Source of the DNA: a virus
Taxonomy: Duplodnaviria; Caudoviricetes
Strand: one strand, 5' to 3'
Virus record (IMG/VR): IMGVR_UViG_3300028591_000139
Coordinates: 35,510-99,509 of that record
DNA: 64,000 nt
Part shown: in pieces, positions 41,210-50,426 of the stretch
Numbering within the stretch: position 1 is the first letter of the stretch
How the letters are laid out: each line of letters starts with the position of its first letter
The notes under the pieces: model-generated
Databases searched by the model: none
Told to the model about the DNA's origin: nothing
Seen by the model: only the letters and a program-made list of their open reading frames with translations
Translations under genes and position numbers: made by a program

Positions 41210-42343
41210 ATGGCAAAAAAAATAAATCTTGAACAATTTATAAAAAAAGCAAAAGAAGTTCATGGCAACAAATATGATTATTCAAAAACTAAATATATCA
41301 ATAACAGGACTAAAATTTGCATAATATGTCCAAAACACGGTGAGTTTTGGCAAGCGCCAGGAATACACTTGGAAGGGCATGGCTGTAAAAAATGCGCAAT
41401 AGAATATAAATCGAACTTAAGAAAATACTCTGCTGAAGAATTTATAAAAAAAGCACGTGAAGTCCACGGTGATAAATATGATTACTCAAAAGTTAATTAC
41501 ATTAATAGCCAAACAAAAGTTTGCATAATTTGTCCGGAGCATGGAGAGTTTTGGCAGAAGCCAAATAATCACTTACAAGGTCAAAGATGCGGAGGCTGTC
41601 ATGGAACGCATAAATTAGGAACAGAATCTTTTATTGAAGAAGCTAAAAAAATTCATGGAAATAAATATGACTACTCAAAAGTTGAATATGTCAATAGTAA
41701 AACTAACGTTTGTATAATATGCCCGGAGCATGGCGAATTTTGGCAAAATCCATATAAACACTTAAATGGAAGTATGTGCCAAAAATGTACTAAAAATCAT
41801 AGCTATACGGCAGAAGAATGGATAGAAGAAGCCAAGCGAGTGCATAACAATAAATATGATTACTCAAAAGTTAATTATATTAATGGCCAAACAAAAGTTT
41901 GCATAATATGTCCGGAACATGGAGAGTTTTGGCAAATACCAAAATATCATTTGCAAGGTTGCGGCTGTCCAAAATGTAATCAAAGTCATCTTGAAGCGGA
42001 AATAGAAAATCTTTTAAAAGAAAATTCTATAGAATATCTTGAATATTATTCGCCAAAATGGTTAGGAAGACAGCATTTAGATTTTTATTTACCTGATTAT
42101 AATATAGCAATTGAATGCCAAGGAGAGCAGCACTTTGAACCCGTTAGTTTTAATTCCGATAAATCTGAAAGCACAAAGCAAAAAAATTTTGACAAAATAC
42201 AAGAAAGAGATAAACGCAAAGCAAAATTATGTGAAGAGAATGGTTTAAAAATGTTATATTTCACACATTATGAAAAAATTAATGAATTAGGAAATATTTA
42301 TAAAAACGGAGATAAACTTTTAAACGAATTAAAATGTCATTAA
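41210..42343 (+). CDS. Homing endonuclease (CPxHG repeats plus Vsr/DUF559-like nuclease)
   Basis: Four repeats; HLDFYLP..AIECQGEQHF; ATG at 41210 lies outside the TIR. Confidence 0.85.
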   Translation: MAKKINLEQFIKKAKEVHGNKYDYSKTKYINNRTKICIICPKHGEFWQAPGIHLEGHGCKKCAIEYKSNLRKYSAEEFIKKAREVHGDKYDYSKVNYINSQTKVCIICPEHGEFWQKPNNHLQGQRCGGCHGTHKLGTESFIEEAKKIHGNKYDYSKVEYVNSKTNVCIICPEHGEFWQNPYKHLNGSMCQKCTKNHSYTAEEWIEEAKRVHNNKYDYSKVNYINGQTKVCIICPEHGEFWQIPKYHLQGCGCPKCNQSHLEAEIENLLKENSIEYLEYYSPKWLGRQHLDFYLPDYNIAIECQGEQHFEPVSFNSDKSESTKQKNFDKIQERDKRKAKLCEENGLKMLYFTHYEKINELGNIYKNGDKLLNELKCH

Positions 42344-43089
42344 ACCTATCTGAAATATTACACAAGGTATTAAATGAATCTGTTAATACTAACGATATAA
42401 TAGACGTAATAGTGAATCACAATTATGTTGATATAAACTATTCCGATGAAGATAATAACGCACCTGGTAGGCGTTTAATACAACCGTATGCCTATGGAAC
42501 GTCAAAGGCTGGAAATCCTGTATTAAGAGCATTTCAGGTGGATGGCGACACACTTCGTGGAGAACCCAAGTGGAAGACGTTTAGGCTTGACAGAATAATA
42601 AGTTGGAGGCCAAGAAAACAAACATTTAATACTCCACCTCCAATGCAGGGATATAACGTTCCTGATTATAATGATTTGGGCGATGGCTCAATGTCAAAGG
42701 TTATAATGCTTGCAAAATTTGATAATATTGACAATGATACATTAAAAAGGGAGAGGGAAATAACTCGGTACATTAAAAACGCCCCAAAGATTGCAAGTAA
42801 AAACGCACAAGGTCCTATACCATTTGCTAGTCAGCAACGCAAGAAGAACGTATATACATCTCAACCGAATAGTAGAAAATATGCTCAGTGGGCTAAAAAC
42901 ATTGATAACACCGCAAATGAATTTAATAGATTTGATGATGATATATGGGCCAACGCAGAGGCGGAAAAAGAGCGTCAGGACAGCGATATGATGCAAAGTG
43001 GTATACGTACACCAAAGCAATCAAAACAAGGCCCTGTTGGCACTAAAAATGGCTTAAATGACAAAGAAAATGACTTTGATGAAAAATAA
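42334..43089 (+). CDS. WYL-domain protein
   Basis: INYSD..RRLIQPYAYG..LRAFQ..KTFRLDRI. Confidence 0.75.
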   Translation: MSLNLSEILHKVLNESVNTNDIIDVIVNHNYVDINYSDEDNNAPGRRLIQPYAYGTSKAGNPVLRAFQVDGDTLRGEPKWKTFRLDRIISWRPRKQTFNTPPPMQGYNVPDYNDLGDGSMSKVIMLAKFDNIDNDTLKREREITRYIKNAPKIASKNAQGPIPFASQQRKKNVYTSQPNSRKYAQWAKNIDNTANEFNRFDDDIWANAEAEKERQDSDMMQSGIRTPKQSKQGPVGTKNGLNDKENDFDEK

Positions 43090-43118
43090 AAAAATATAAA
43101 AAACATTTATTTAATAAA

Positions 43119-43823
43119 ATGGGAATTGATATACGAAAATTTGAGGCCGCCAAAAACAAAGCAAGGCAAATGATACATAACGATGCCAAGCAAGATGCTC
43201 ATATTATAAAAGAGAGGACGGCAGATAGAAATAATCCAAAATATTATGGGGACCAACCCAGGGATGCATTTAGTAATGTTCAAAGCATTGTTTCTGAAAA
43301 TAAAATGGATGCTCAGTCATTTGATGACAGTGAGGAAAGACTTTATTCTGCCATGGACAGCAAAATGAATGCATTTATGGAAAATAAGAAAACGCAAGGG
43401 GTTAATAATGTTGTCGCACCAACAATTAAAAATAATAGACTTCCAAAAGAGATTATAGAATCATTTAGTAAGAACTATATTAGCCAAGATGCGTTTAACC
43501 CAAATATGTCGGTATTGGAAACCATGGGAATAGAGGGAGACCCATTAAAAGAAGAGGTGCAAATGAATAATAATAATCATAATAATATTTCTTCTTCACC
43601 GGTTCAAAAAATAGATTATGAATTAATTAAGAATATTGTTGAGGGGGCTGTTAAGAAATATATAAATGCCCTCGGAAAGAAAATGCTAACTGAAAATAAA
43701 AATCAAGATAATGATGGAATAAAAGCAGTACAATTTACAGGAGATAAATTTAAATTTGTTACAAAAGAAGGAAATTTATATGAAGCAAAACTAACATTTA
43801 TTAAAAATATTAATAATAAGTAA
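43119..43823 (+). CDS. Hypothetical protein
   Basis: ORF track. Confidence 0.65.
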   Translation: MGIDIRKFEAAKNKARQMIHNDAKQDAHIIKERTADRNNPKYYGDQPRDAFSNVQSIVSENKMDAQSFDDSEERLYSAMDSKMNAFMENKKTQGVNNVVAPTIKNNRLPKEIIESFSKNYISQDAFNPNMSVLETMGIEGDPLKEEVQMNNNNHNNISSSPVQKIDYELIKNIVEGAVKKYINALGKKMLTENKNQDNDGIKAVQFTGDKFKFVTKEGNLYEAKLTFIKNINNK

Positions 43824-43845
43824 AGAAAAAAAAGGTAACTATTTT

Positions 43846-44607
43846 TTAGTTACCTTTTAATGTATAATCTTTAATAACATCATCAGAATATTTTGATAAT
43901 TCCTTATTGGCAACCTTTAAGACATCATTCTTAATTGCCATTGCCAAATGCTCTTTATAATATTCTAAACTAAAATCAATACCTTCTGTGCAAACCTTTA
44001 CTCCCTTTGTATCAGTTTCAGCAGTTGCGCTTGGACTTGTGATTCCTGATGATTGTTTGATAAACCATACCGGAACGCCAAGTTTATCCATCTTTGTTTC
44101 GCTGACTCCGCTATACTTTGTCTCGCCGCTCTCAATATATTCATGTTTAATCAACTTATAATAAGATTCATCTTCCCCAATTGATTTGTCATAGTTCTTC
44201 AATATTGAATCTTCAAGAGTTGATACGCACAAATCACTGAAATAGTCTTTTAATGACTTGGTTTTATCTTCAGCGCCATGAATTGTTTTACTTGCCACCA
44301 TGGTATTTCCACTTCCAGTGGCAACATCGCCAACTTGTATTAAGCTGTCCAAATAGTAAGAGTCGCCTCCTTGAATATCATATTTCATTGCGGTCGGACA
44401 AACATATTCAACTCTTTCGTTTGTTGGCGTATTATTTACAATAATTGGAACTATCTGTCCAGTTTCTTCATCTTTCTTTGTTGACTGTGATAATGCTAAG
44501 ATTTTGCAGTTATCATTTTCGTAAATGTTGTTGTTAATGGCGTATATTGTTTGACCTTTGGCAAAGAAGGCCAACAATGATGGCATTTTTTTAAGATTTT
44601 TTTCCAT
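43846..44607 (-). CDS. Hypothetical protein
   Basis: ORF track; convergent hairpin near 43829-43858. Confidence 0.65.
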   Translation of the reverse strand: MEKNLKKMPSLLAFFAKGQTIYAINNNIYENDNCKILALSQSTKKDEETGQIVPIIVNNTPTNERVEYVCPTAMKYDIQGGDSYYLDSLIQVGDVATGSGNTMVASKTIHGAEDKTKSLKDYFSDLCVSTLEDSILKNYDKSIGEDESYYKLIKHEYIESGETKYSGVSETKMDKLGVPVWFIKQSSGITSPSATAETDTKGVKVCTEGIDFSLEYYKEHLAMAIKNDVLKVANKELSKYSDDVIKDYTLKGN

Positions 44608-44689
44608 ATTGTTTTTGCATTTTTATAATAATAAATATTGATTTATTCATTAAAAATATTATTTTTTATAAAAAATCATAAAATAAAAC

Positions 44690-45934
44690 ATGGGTAAAAA
44701 ATTGTCTAATGAACAGGCGTTGAATAGAATTTTTGAAAAATGTAAAGAAAAAAATGTTGAATTTATCGGTTTTAAAAATGAAAATAACACTTACGAAAAC
44801 AATAAAACGTATCTTATTTTAAGATGCAACAAATGTGGCCAAATATGGAATACAACTTGTTATAATAAGTTTATTTCAGCTGGAAGGTCTTGCCCAAATT
44901 GTTCGCCAACACAAAAATTAACAAAAGAAGAAATAATTGAAAACATTAATAAGATATGCAAAGAAAAAGATTTCAAATTTATTGGATTTAATGGCGAATA
45001 CAAAGGGATAGGCACAAAACTATTACTAAAATGCAATAAATGTGGTAAAGAATGGAGCACCACAACATATAATAATTTTAGAAAAAAAGATAGAAAAAGT
45101 CATTCTTGCGGAAGGAAAAGCGCATTGCTAATGCCAGCAGCATTAAATGAGAACAAAGCAATAGAAAAATTAAATAAATTATTAAAAAACACTTCATTAG
45201 AATTCGTCTCATTTGATAACAATGGATATATTGGAAGGAATAAATCACATGTTTTACTAAAATGCAAAAAATGCAATAAAATAAATGCATATTCATATCA
45301 ATGTTTATTTAATAGCATGATAAAATGCAAAAATTGCGAAATAAATGGCAAATTTTCAAATGAAGAAGCAATTGATATGGTTAATAAAAAATGTGATTAT
45401 TTAAATTATACTTTTATTGGCTTTGATACTTGTGACAGAAAATACGGTGGCAAAAATACATATTTAATCTTAAAATGTACCAAATGCGGAATAGAATGGA
45501 GCACAACAACTTTCAGCAGCTTAATTCATAATGACATTAAATGCCCGGGTTGTACGAACTCGTGGAAAATGGAAAAGGAAGTTGAATGTGAGCTACAAAA
45601 AAATGGCATAGAATACATAAAGCAATGTAGGAACAGGGTGCTACCTTGGCTCACAAATAAAGGCTCTCTTTCACTAGATTTTTATATACCAAAGCTAAAG
45701 ATTGCTATTGAATGCCAAGGAAGGCAACATTTCGAACCAGTTAAAGACTTTGGAGGAGAAAAATCTTTTAAGGAAAGTATTTACAGAGACGAAAAAAAAC
45801 TTATGCTTTGTAAAAATAATGGCGTTAAGCTTCTATATTATGATAGTGAGTGCAAACATACTGAATTTTTAGGAGAAAAAATATTTAACGATAAAACAAA
45901 ATTAATAAAAGAAATTCTTAATTATGGAAAATAA
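44690..45934 (+). CDS. Homing endonuclease (CxxC repeats plus Vsr/DUF559-like nuclease)
   Basis: Four LKCNKCG repeats; SLDFYIP..AIECQGRQHF. Confidence 0.8.
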   Translation: MGKKLSNEQALNRIFEKCKEKNVEFIGFKNENNTYENNKTYLILRCNKCGQIWNTTCYNKFISAGRSCPNCSPTQKLTKEEIIENINKICKEKDFKFIGFNGEYKGIGTKLLLKCNKCGKEWSTTTYNNFRKKDRKSHSCGRKSALLMPAALNENKAIEKLNKLLKNTSLEFVSFDNNGYIGRNKSHVLLKCKKCNKINAYSYQCLFNSMIKCKNCEINGKFSNEEAIDMVNKKCDYLNYTFIGFDTCDRKYGGKNTYLILKCTKCGIEWSTTTFSSLIHNDIKCPGCTNSWKMEKEVECELQKNGIEYIKQCRNRVLPWLTNKGSLSLDFYIPKLKIAIECQGRQHFEPVKDFGGEKSFKESIYRDEKKLMLCKNNGVKLLYYDSECKHTEFLGEKIFNDKTKLIKEILNYGK

Positions 45935-47144
45935 AAAAATTAAAATCTTAGTTATCCCATCTGATAGAAGCGGATGTGGAAAGTTTCGCTCAGTTAGCCC
46001 TCATACTTATATACAAGAGCACTATCCCGATGAATTCGATGTGGACATTGTATATAACCTACCAAAAGAAAACCTGGATACATATTTAAAACAATATGAT
46101 ATTATACACATCCACAAACAATTGGATAAAAATTGTGAAATAATGAAAATGATTAATTTCCTTGAGATACCGGTAATCATTGATGTTGATGATAATTTTT
46201 ATTTGGGAAATGACCATCCAATGTCATTAACCGCCAAAAAGGAAAAATGGCATGAGCCAATAATTAATCATTTGAAATTGGCAAATTATGTGACAACAAC
46301 CACGTCAATATTTGCCGAAAAACTTAAAAAATATAATAAAAATGTATATGTATTTCCAAATGCCATAGACCCAACGGAAAAGCAATATGAATATAAAAAG
46401 AATCCAAGCAATGGAAAATTAAGAGTTGGTATAATTTGTGGCTCATCTCATTTGCATGACATAGAGCTATTGGGTGATTTGGTAACAAGGACGGCAGATA
46501 ATGTACAGATTGTGCTTTGTGGCTTTGATACAAATGGCACTATAACAACATATAATGCACAAACCGGAGAAAAAACGCAAAGGCCAATTAAACCGGAAGA
46601 AAGCGTGTGGTTCACATATGAAAAAATATTAACCAATAACTTTAAAGGACTCAGCAATGAGCATAAAGAATTCCTTCTTAAATTCATGAAAGGAGTTGAT
46701 GACCCATTCATTAATGAAAAATATAGAAGAATGTGGACAAGAAATATAACAGAATATGCAACGCACTATCAGAATGTTGACGTGCTGCTATGCCCCTTAA
46801 AGGAAAATGATTTTGATTTGGTAAAATCTGAGCTTAAATTTGTGGAAGCAGGCTTTTCTCATACCGCCGTTATTGCTCAGAATTTTGGCCCATATACAAT
46901 TGGTTCCGTTCCAATGATTAAATATGGTGGAAAAATAAATCCAAATGGAAACTGTTTATTGGTTGACCCAAGAAAGAATCACAAGGATTGGGTTAAATAT
47001 ATAAATAAACTTGCAGCAGACCCGGAAATGCTAAAAGCGCTGCAAGAAAATATGTATAATCACGTTAAGGATAGATATTCATTAGATACGGTATGCAGAC
47101 AAAGAGTGGAATTTTATAAGCAAATCGTCAATAATAATAAATAA
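45924..47144 (+). CDS. Glycosyltransferase (GT-B, GT4-like)
   Basis: GCGKFR..P, IIDVDD, VFPNAID, DVLLCPL..KSELKFVEAG. Confidence 0.8.
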   Translation: MENKKIKILVIPSDRSGCGKFRSVSPHTYIQEHYPDEFDVDIVYNLPKENLDTYLKQYDIIHIHKQLDKNCEIMKMINFLEIPVIIDVDDNFYLGNDHPMSLTAKKEKWHEPIINHLKLANYVTTTTSIFAEKLKKYNKNVYVFPNAIDPTEKQYEYKKNPSNGKLRVGIICGSSHLHDIELLGDLVTRTADNVQIVLCGFDTNGTITTYNAQTGEKTQRPIKPEESVWFTYEKILTNNFKGLSNEHKEFLLKFMKGVDDPFINEKYRRMWTRNITEYATHYQNVDVLLCPLKENDFDLVKSELKFVEAGFSHTAVIAQNFGPYTIGSVPMIKYGGKINPNGNCLLVDPRKNHKDWVKYINKLAADPEMLKALQENMYNHVKDRYSLDTVCRQRVEFYKQIVNNNK

Positions 47145-47168
47145 AGGTAACGATATACCTGTTGGCAC

Positions 47169-47385
47169 AAAAACCTCCTTGCTGTAACAAGGAGGGGAAA
47201 CCACAAAGGGGTTTTGGCGCATGTGTCTTACCGAGCTACATGCAAAACTCTGCCTATCAAGTCCTTGACTTGCAGACACCATCCCTTTGACAAGATGGGG
47301 CAACGTTTAAGTACCACCATAGTTGCTATTGTACTTACTTCACTATGTAATTTGGCGTTCTGTACATATGGCGGCTAAACGCTAC
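47169..47385 (-). ncRNA. Candidate structured small RNA transcribed divergently from tnpB
   Basis: Promoter TTTG-N19-TAATTTTG (47418-47388, minus strand), several hairpins, terminator cctccttg/caaggagg plus U-tract. Confidence 0.55.
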
Positions 47386-47510
47386 CGCAAAATTACAAAA
47401 TCTCGCCGATATAGCAAAAACTTTTCGGAGAGATTTAATAAAAAAGTTTGAGTAAAAACAGTATTTTTTGCTTTAACTTGATATTTATTAGTAGATAAAC
47501 TGATAATACT

Positions 47511-48638
47511 ATGATTAAAGCATACAAATACAAAATAAAACCAAACAAACGCCAAGAGGAACTTCTATCAAAGTTCTTTGGGTGTTGCAGGTATATATAC
47601 AATTGGGGGCTTAATCGTAAAACATCAGCTTACAAAGAAAATGAAACGCATATTAACTATGTACAGCTTGCAAAAGAGCTTACCACCTTAAAGCAAACAG
47701 AAGATTGCAATTGGCTTAAAGAAGCACCTAATGAATCATTGCAGCAATCGCTAAGATGCCTTGACAATGCTTTCACTGCATTCTTCCGCAAGAAAGCAAA
47801 ATATCCAAGATTCAAGTCAAAGAAACATACAAAGGATTCGGCAAAGTTCATTAACTCCGTTCACTTTGATTTTGAAAATTGGAAAGTGAAACTTCCAAAA
47901 CTTGGATGGATTAAATTATGTGAGAATAGGACATTTGGCCAAAGCATTTGTAAGCAAGGTACTTGTACTGTCAGTAGAGACCATTGTGGAACTTATTGGT
48001 GCTCAATAACGGTAGATGACATGCAGCCAAAACCAGCGAAAACCAAGTTGGTTAAGGATAATGCGGTTGGAATCGACCTTGGCATTAAGGATTACGCAAT
48101 ACTCTCAGATGGAACTAAATACTCAAACCCAAAACACCTTGAAAAGACGCAAAGAAAACTTGCGTGGTTACAAAGGGATTTTGCAAGAACAAAGAAAGAT
48201 TCAAAGAATCACGAAAAGATGAGGATAAAGGTTGCGAAGTGCTATAGAAGCATCACCAACCAAAGGAATGACTTTTTGCATAAGCTATCCACTCATCTTG
48301 TAAGGAACTACGATGTGATTTGTCTTGAAGATTTGAATGTTAAGGGAATGGAGCAGAACCATCACCTTGCAAGAGCAATCCAAGGTGCAAGTTGGGGTGA
48401 GTTTGTTAGACAGTTGGAGTATAAGAGTGAATGGTACGGTAAGAATATACTGTTTATTGGTAGGTTTGAGCCAAGTAGCAAGTTATGCCACAAGTGCGGA
48501 TATATCAACCAAGAATTGCAGTTAAAAGACCGTGAATGGGTTTGTCCTGTTTGTGGTGAGCTCTTGGATAGGGATGTTAATGCTGCAATTAACATTAGAG
48601 AGATAGCCTTCGACAAGCAGAACCTTGTTGGAGTATAG
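47511..48638 (+). CDS. tnpB: RNA-guided endonuclease TnpB
   Basis: GIDLG / CLEDL / DRDVNAA, zinc finger CHKC..CPVC. Confidence 0.95.
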   Translation: MIKAYKYKIKPNKRQEELLSKFFGCCRYIYNWGLNRKTSAYKENETHINYVQLAKELTTLKQTEDCNWLKEAPNESLQQSLRCLDNAFTAFFRKKAKYPRFKSKKHTKDSAKFINSVHFDFENWKVKLPKLGWIKLCENRTFGQSICKQGTCTVSRDHCGTYWCSITVDDMQPKPAKTKLVKDNAVGIDLGIKDYAILSDGTKYSNPKHLEKTQRKLAWLQRDFARTKKDSKNHEKMRIKVAKCYRSITNQRNDFLHKLSTHLVRNYDVICLEDLNVKGMEQNHHLARAIQGASWGEFVRQLEYKSEWYGKNILFIGRFEPSSKLCHKCGYINQELQLKDREWVCPVCGELLDRDVNAAINIREIAFDKQNLVGV

Positions 48639-48655
48639 AAAAAATAACTAAATTA

Positions 48656-48744
48656 AAGCCCATCGGGAAGTGGGATTAAGGCTGTGGAGGGCAAGAACAT
48701 TAGTTTCCCTATGAATCAGCAAGATAGTAAATCCTTAAAAGTCC
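48656..48744 (+). ncRNA. omega-RNA 3' scaffold plus putative guide (48723-48744)
   Basis: Aligns with the element 3 scaffold with compensatory changes. Confidence 0.7.
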
Positions 48745-48799
48745 ATAATTAATTTTTTTAAAAAAATAAGAGCGTAGTTATTTTTTAACCGCACTCTTA

Positions 48800-48976
48800 T
48801 TATTTTTTTAATTCTTCAATTAACTTATCAGCATATTGTACAGCTATATCAGATATTTGTTTTTTGAAAACAAATTGAAACAAAAACGCCATTATTGAAC
48901 TGCTTAATATTGCGTTCATTATGTTAACTGCCGCATCAATTCTAACTTGCTGCCAATCTATTGATTTATCTTCCAT
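48800..48976 (-). CDS. Small hypothetical protein (58 aa; below the ORF-track cutoff)
   Basis: Manual translation MEDKSIDWQQVRIDAAV..AVQYADKLIEELKK. Confidence 0.65.
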   Translation of the reverse strand: MEDKSIDWQQVRIDAAVNIMNAILSSSIMAFLFQFVFKKQISDIAVQYADKLIEELKK

Positions 48977-49012
48977 AATTGCTATATTTTCTATATAAAT
49001 ATTTTAAACAAC

Positions 49013-50383
49013 ATGAAATATGACAAAATAGTTGAAAGAGCGCGTAAAATTCATGGCGATAAATATACTTATCCGCCATTTGATGAAATTCCTGTTGGCA
49101 AAAAAATGAAAATAATATGCCCAATTCACGGTGAATTTGAACAAACAGCATTTGCTCATATGAAAGGCCAAGGTTGCCCAAAATGCGTTGGAGAAAAAAG
49201 AGGATATACTACCGAAGATTTCATCAAAGACGCAAAATTAAAATTTGGTGATAAATTTGATTATTCAAAAACAGAATATACCGGAAGAAGAAATAAAGTC
49301 CTTATCATGTGCAAGGATTTTATAACAGATGAAAACCCAAATGGAGAATTTTGGCAGTTACCATTTAATCATTTGAAATCAAAAGATGGTTTTCCGTTTA
49401 TGGGTGAAAGAGGTAGAAAATACGGGAAAATATCTGATGAAGAACAAATATTAAAAAAAACAAAAAAATTCATTGAAAAAGCAAAACAAATCCATGGCGA
49501 TAAGTACGATTATTCAAAAGCCGTATATAATGGATGTTTTCAAAAAATATGCATTGTTTGTCCAAAGCATGGCGAATTTTGGCAACTTCCTGGTAATCAT
49601 ATAAAAGGCTGCAACTGCCCAACATGTTCAAATAAAACGCCAATAACAAAGGATGAATTTATTAAAAAAGCAAATGAAATTCATAATTTTAAATTTGATT
49701 ATTCAAAAGTTGTTATTGGAAAATCAAATGATAAGGTATGTATAATATGCCCGGAACACGGTGAGTTTTGGCAAACAACATCAAATCATTTAAGAGGAAG
49801 AGGATGCATTAAATGCTCAAGAAACAAAAAACTAACAACAGAAGAATTCATAGAAAAATCAAAATCAATTCACGGAGATAAATATGACTACTCAAAAGTA
49901 GAATATGTAAATAATGCTACCAACGTAATCATAACATGTAAAAAACATGGTGATTTTAAACAACTTCCTTCGGTACATTTATATGGTGGCGGATGCCCAA
50001 TATGCAACGAAAGCCATATGGAAAATGAACTAAGTCTGTTATTCAATGACAATAATATAAGATATGAAAGACAAAAAACATTTGAAACAATCAAATATAA
50101 AAAGGAACTTCCATTTGACTTTTATTTGCCGGATTATAATGTTGTCATAGAATGCCAAGGAGAGCAACACTTTAAAAAACATCACTTTTTTAATGATGAA
50201 AATAGATTTGAAAAGGATAAAATAAAATATGAAGGCTGTTTAAATAACAATATTAAAATATTGTACTACACAAATTATAACAGCTATAAAAAATATTTTA
50301 ATGAAATCTATAATGAAAACAATACATTTAACAATAAAATTAAATTATTAAATGAAATCATAAAACAAAAAAATACCGAGTAA
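49013..50383 (+). CDS. Homing endonuclease (CPxHG repeats plus Vsr/DUF559-like nuclease)
   Basis: Five repeats; PFDFYLP..VIECQGEQHF. Confidence 0.85.
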   Translation: MKYDKIVERARKIHGDKYTYPPFDEIPVGKKMKIICPIHGEFEQTAFAHMKGQGCPKCVGEKRGYTTEDFIKDAKLKFGDKFDYSKTEYTGRRNKVLIMCKDFITDENPNGEFWQLPFNHLKSKDGFPFMGERGRKYGKISDEEQILKKTKKFIEKAKQIHGDKYDYSKAVYNGCFQKICIVCPKHGEFWQLPGNHIKGCNCPTCSNKTPITKDEFIKKANEIHNFKFDYSKVVIGKSNDKVCIICPEHGEFWQTTSNHLRGRGCIKCSRNKKLTTEEFIEKSKSIHGDKYDYSKVEYVNNATNVIITCKKHGDFKQLPSVHLYGGGCPICNESHMENELSLLFNDNNIRYERQKTFETIKYKKELPFDFYLPDYNVVIECQGEQHFKKHHFFNDENRFEKDKIKYEGCLNNNIKILYYTNYNSYKKYFNEIYNENNTFNNKIKLLNEIIKQKNTE

Positions 50384-50426
50384 TAAATGCTCGGTATTTT
50401 CTTTATATTAGCATGTGTGTAATTGC

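Larger units (their letters stand above)
47146..48744 (+). mobile_element. TnpB element 2 (left TIR present; right TIR not found)
   Basis: ggtaacgatatacctgttggca at 47146-47167; layout collinear with element 3. Confidence 0.75.

Noticed and set aside
43829-43858. ggtaacta/tagttacc hairpin as a collapsed TIR pair
   Set aside because: Only about 8 nt resemble the TIR; better explained as a terminator between convergent genes.
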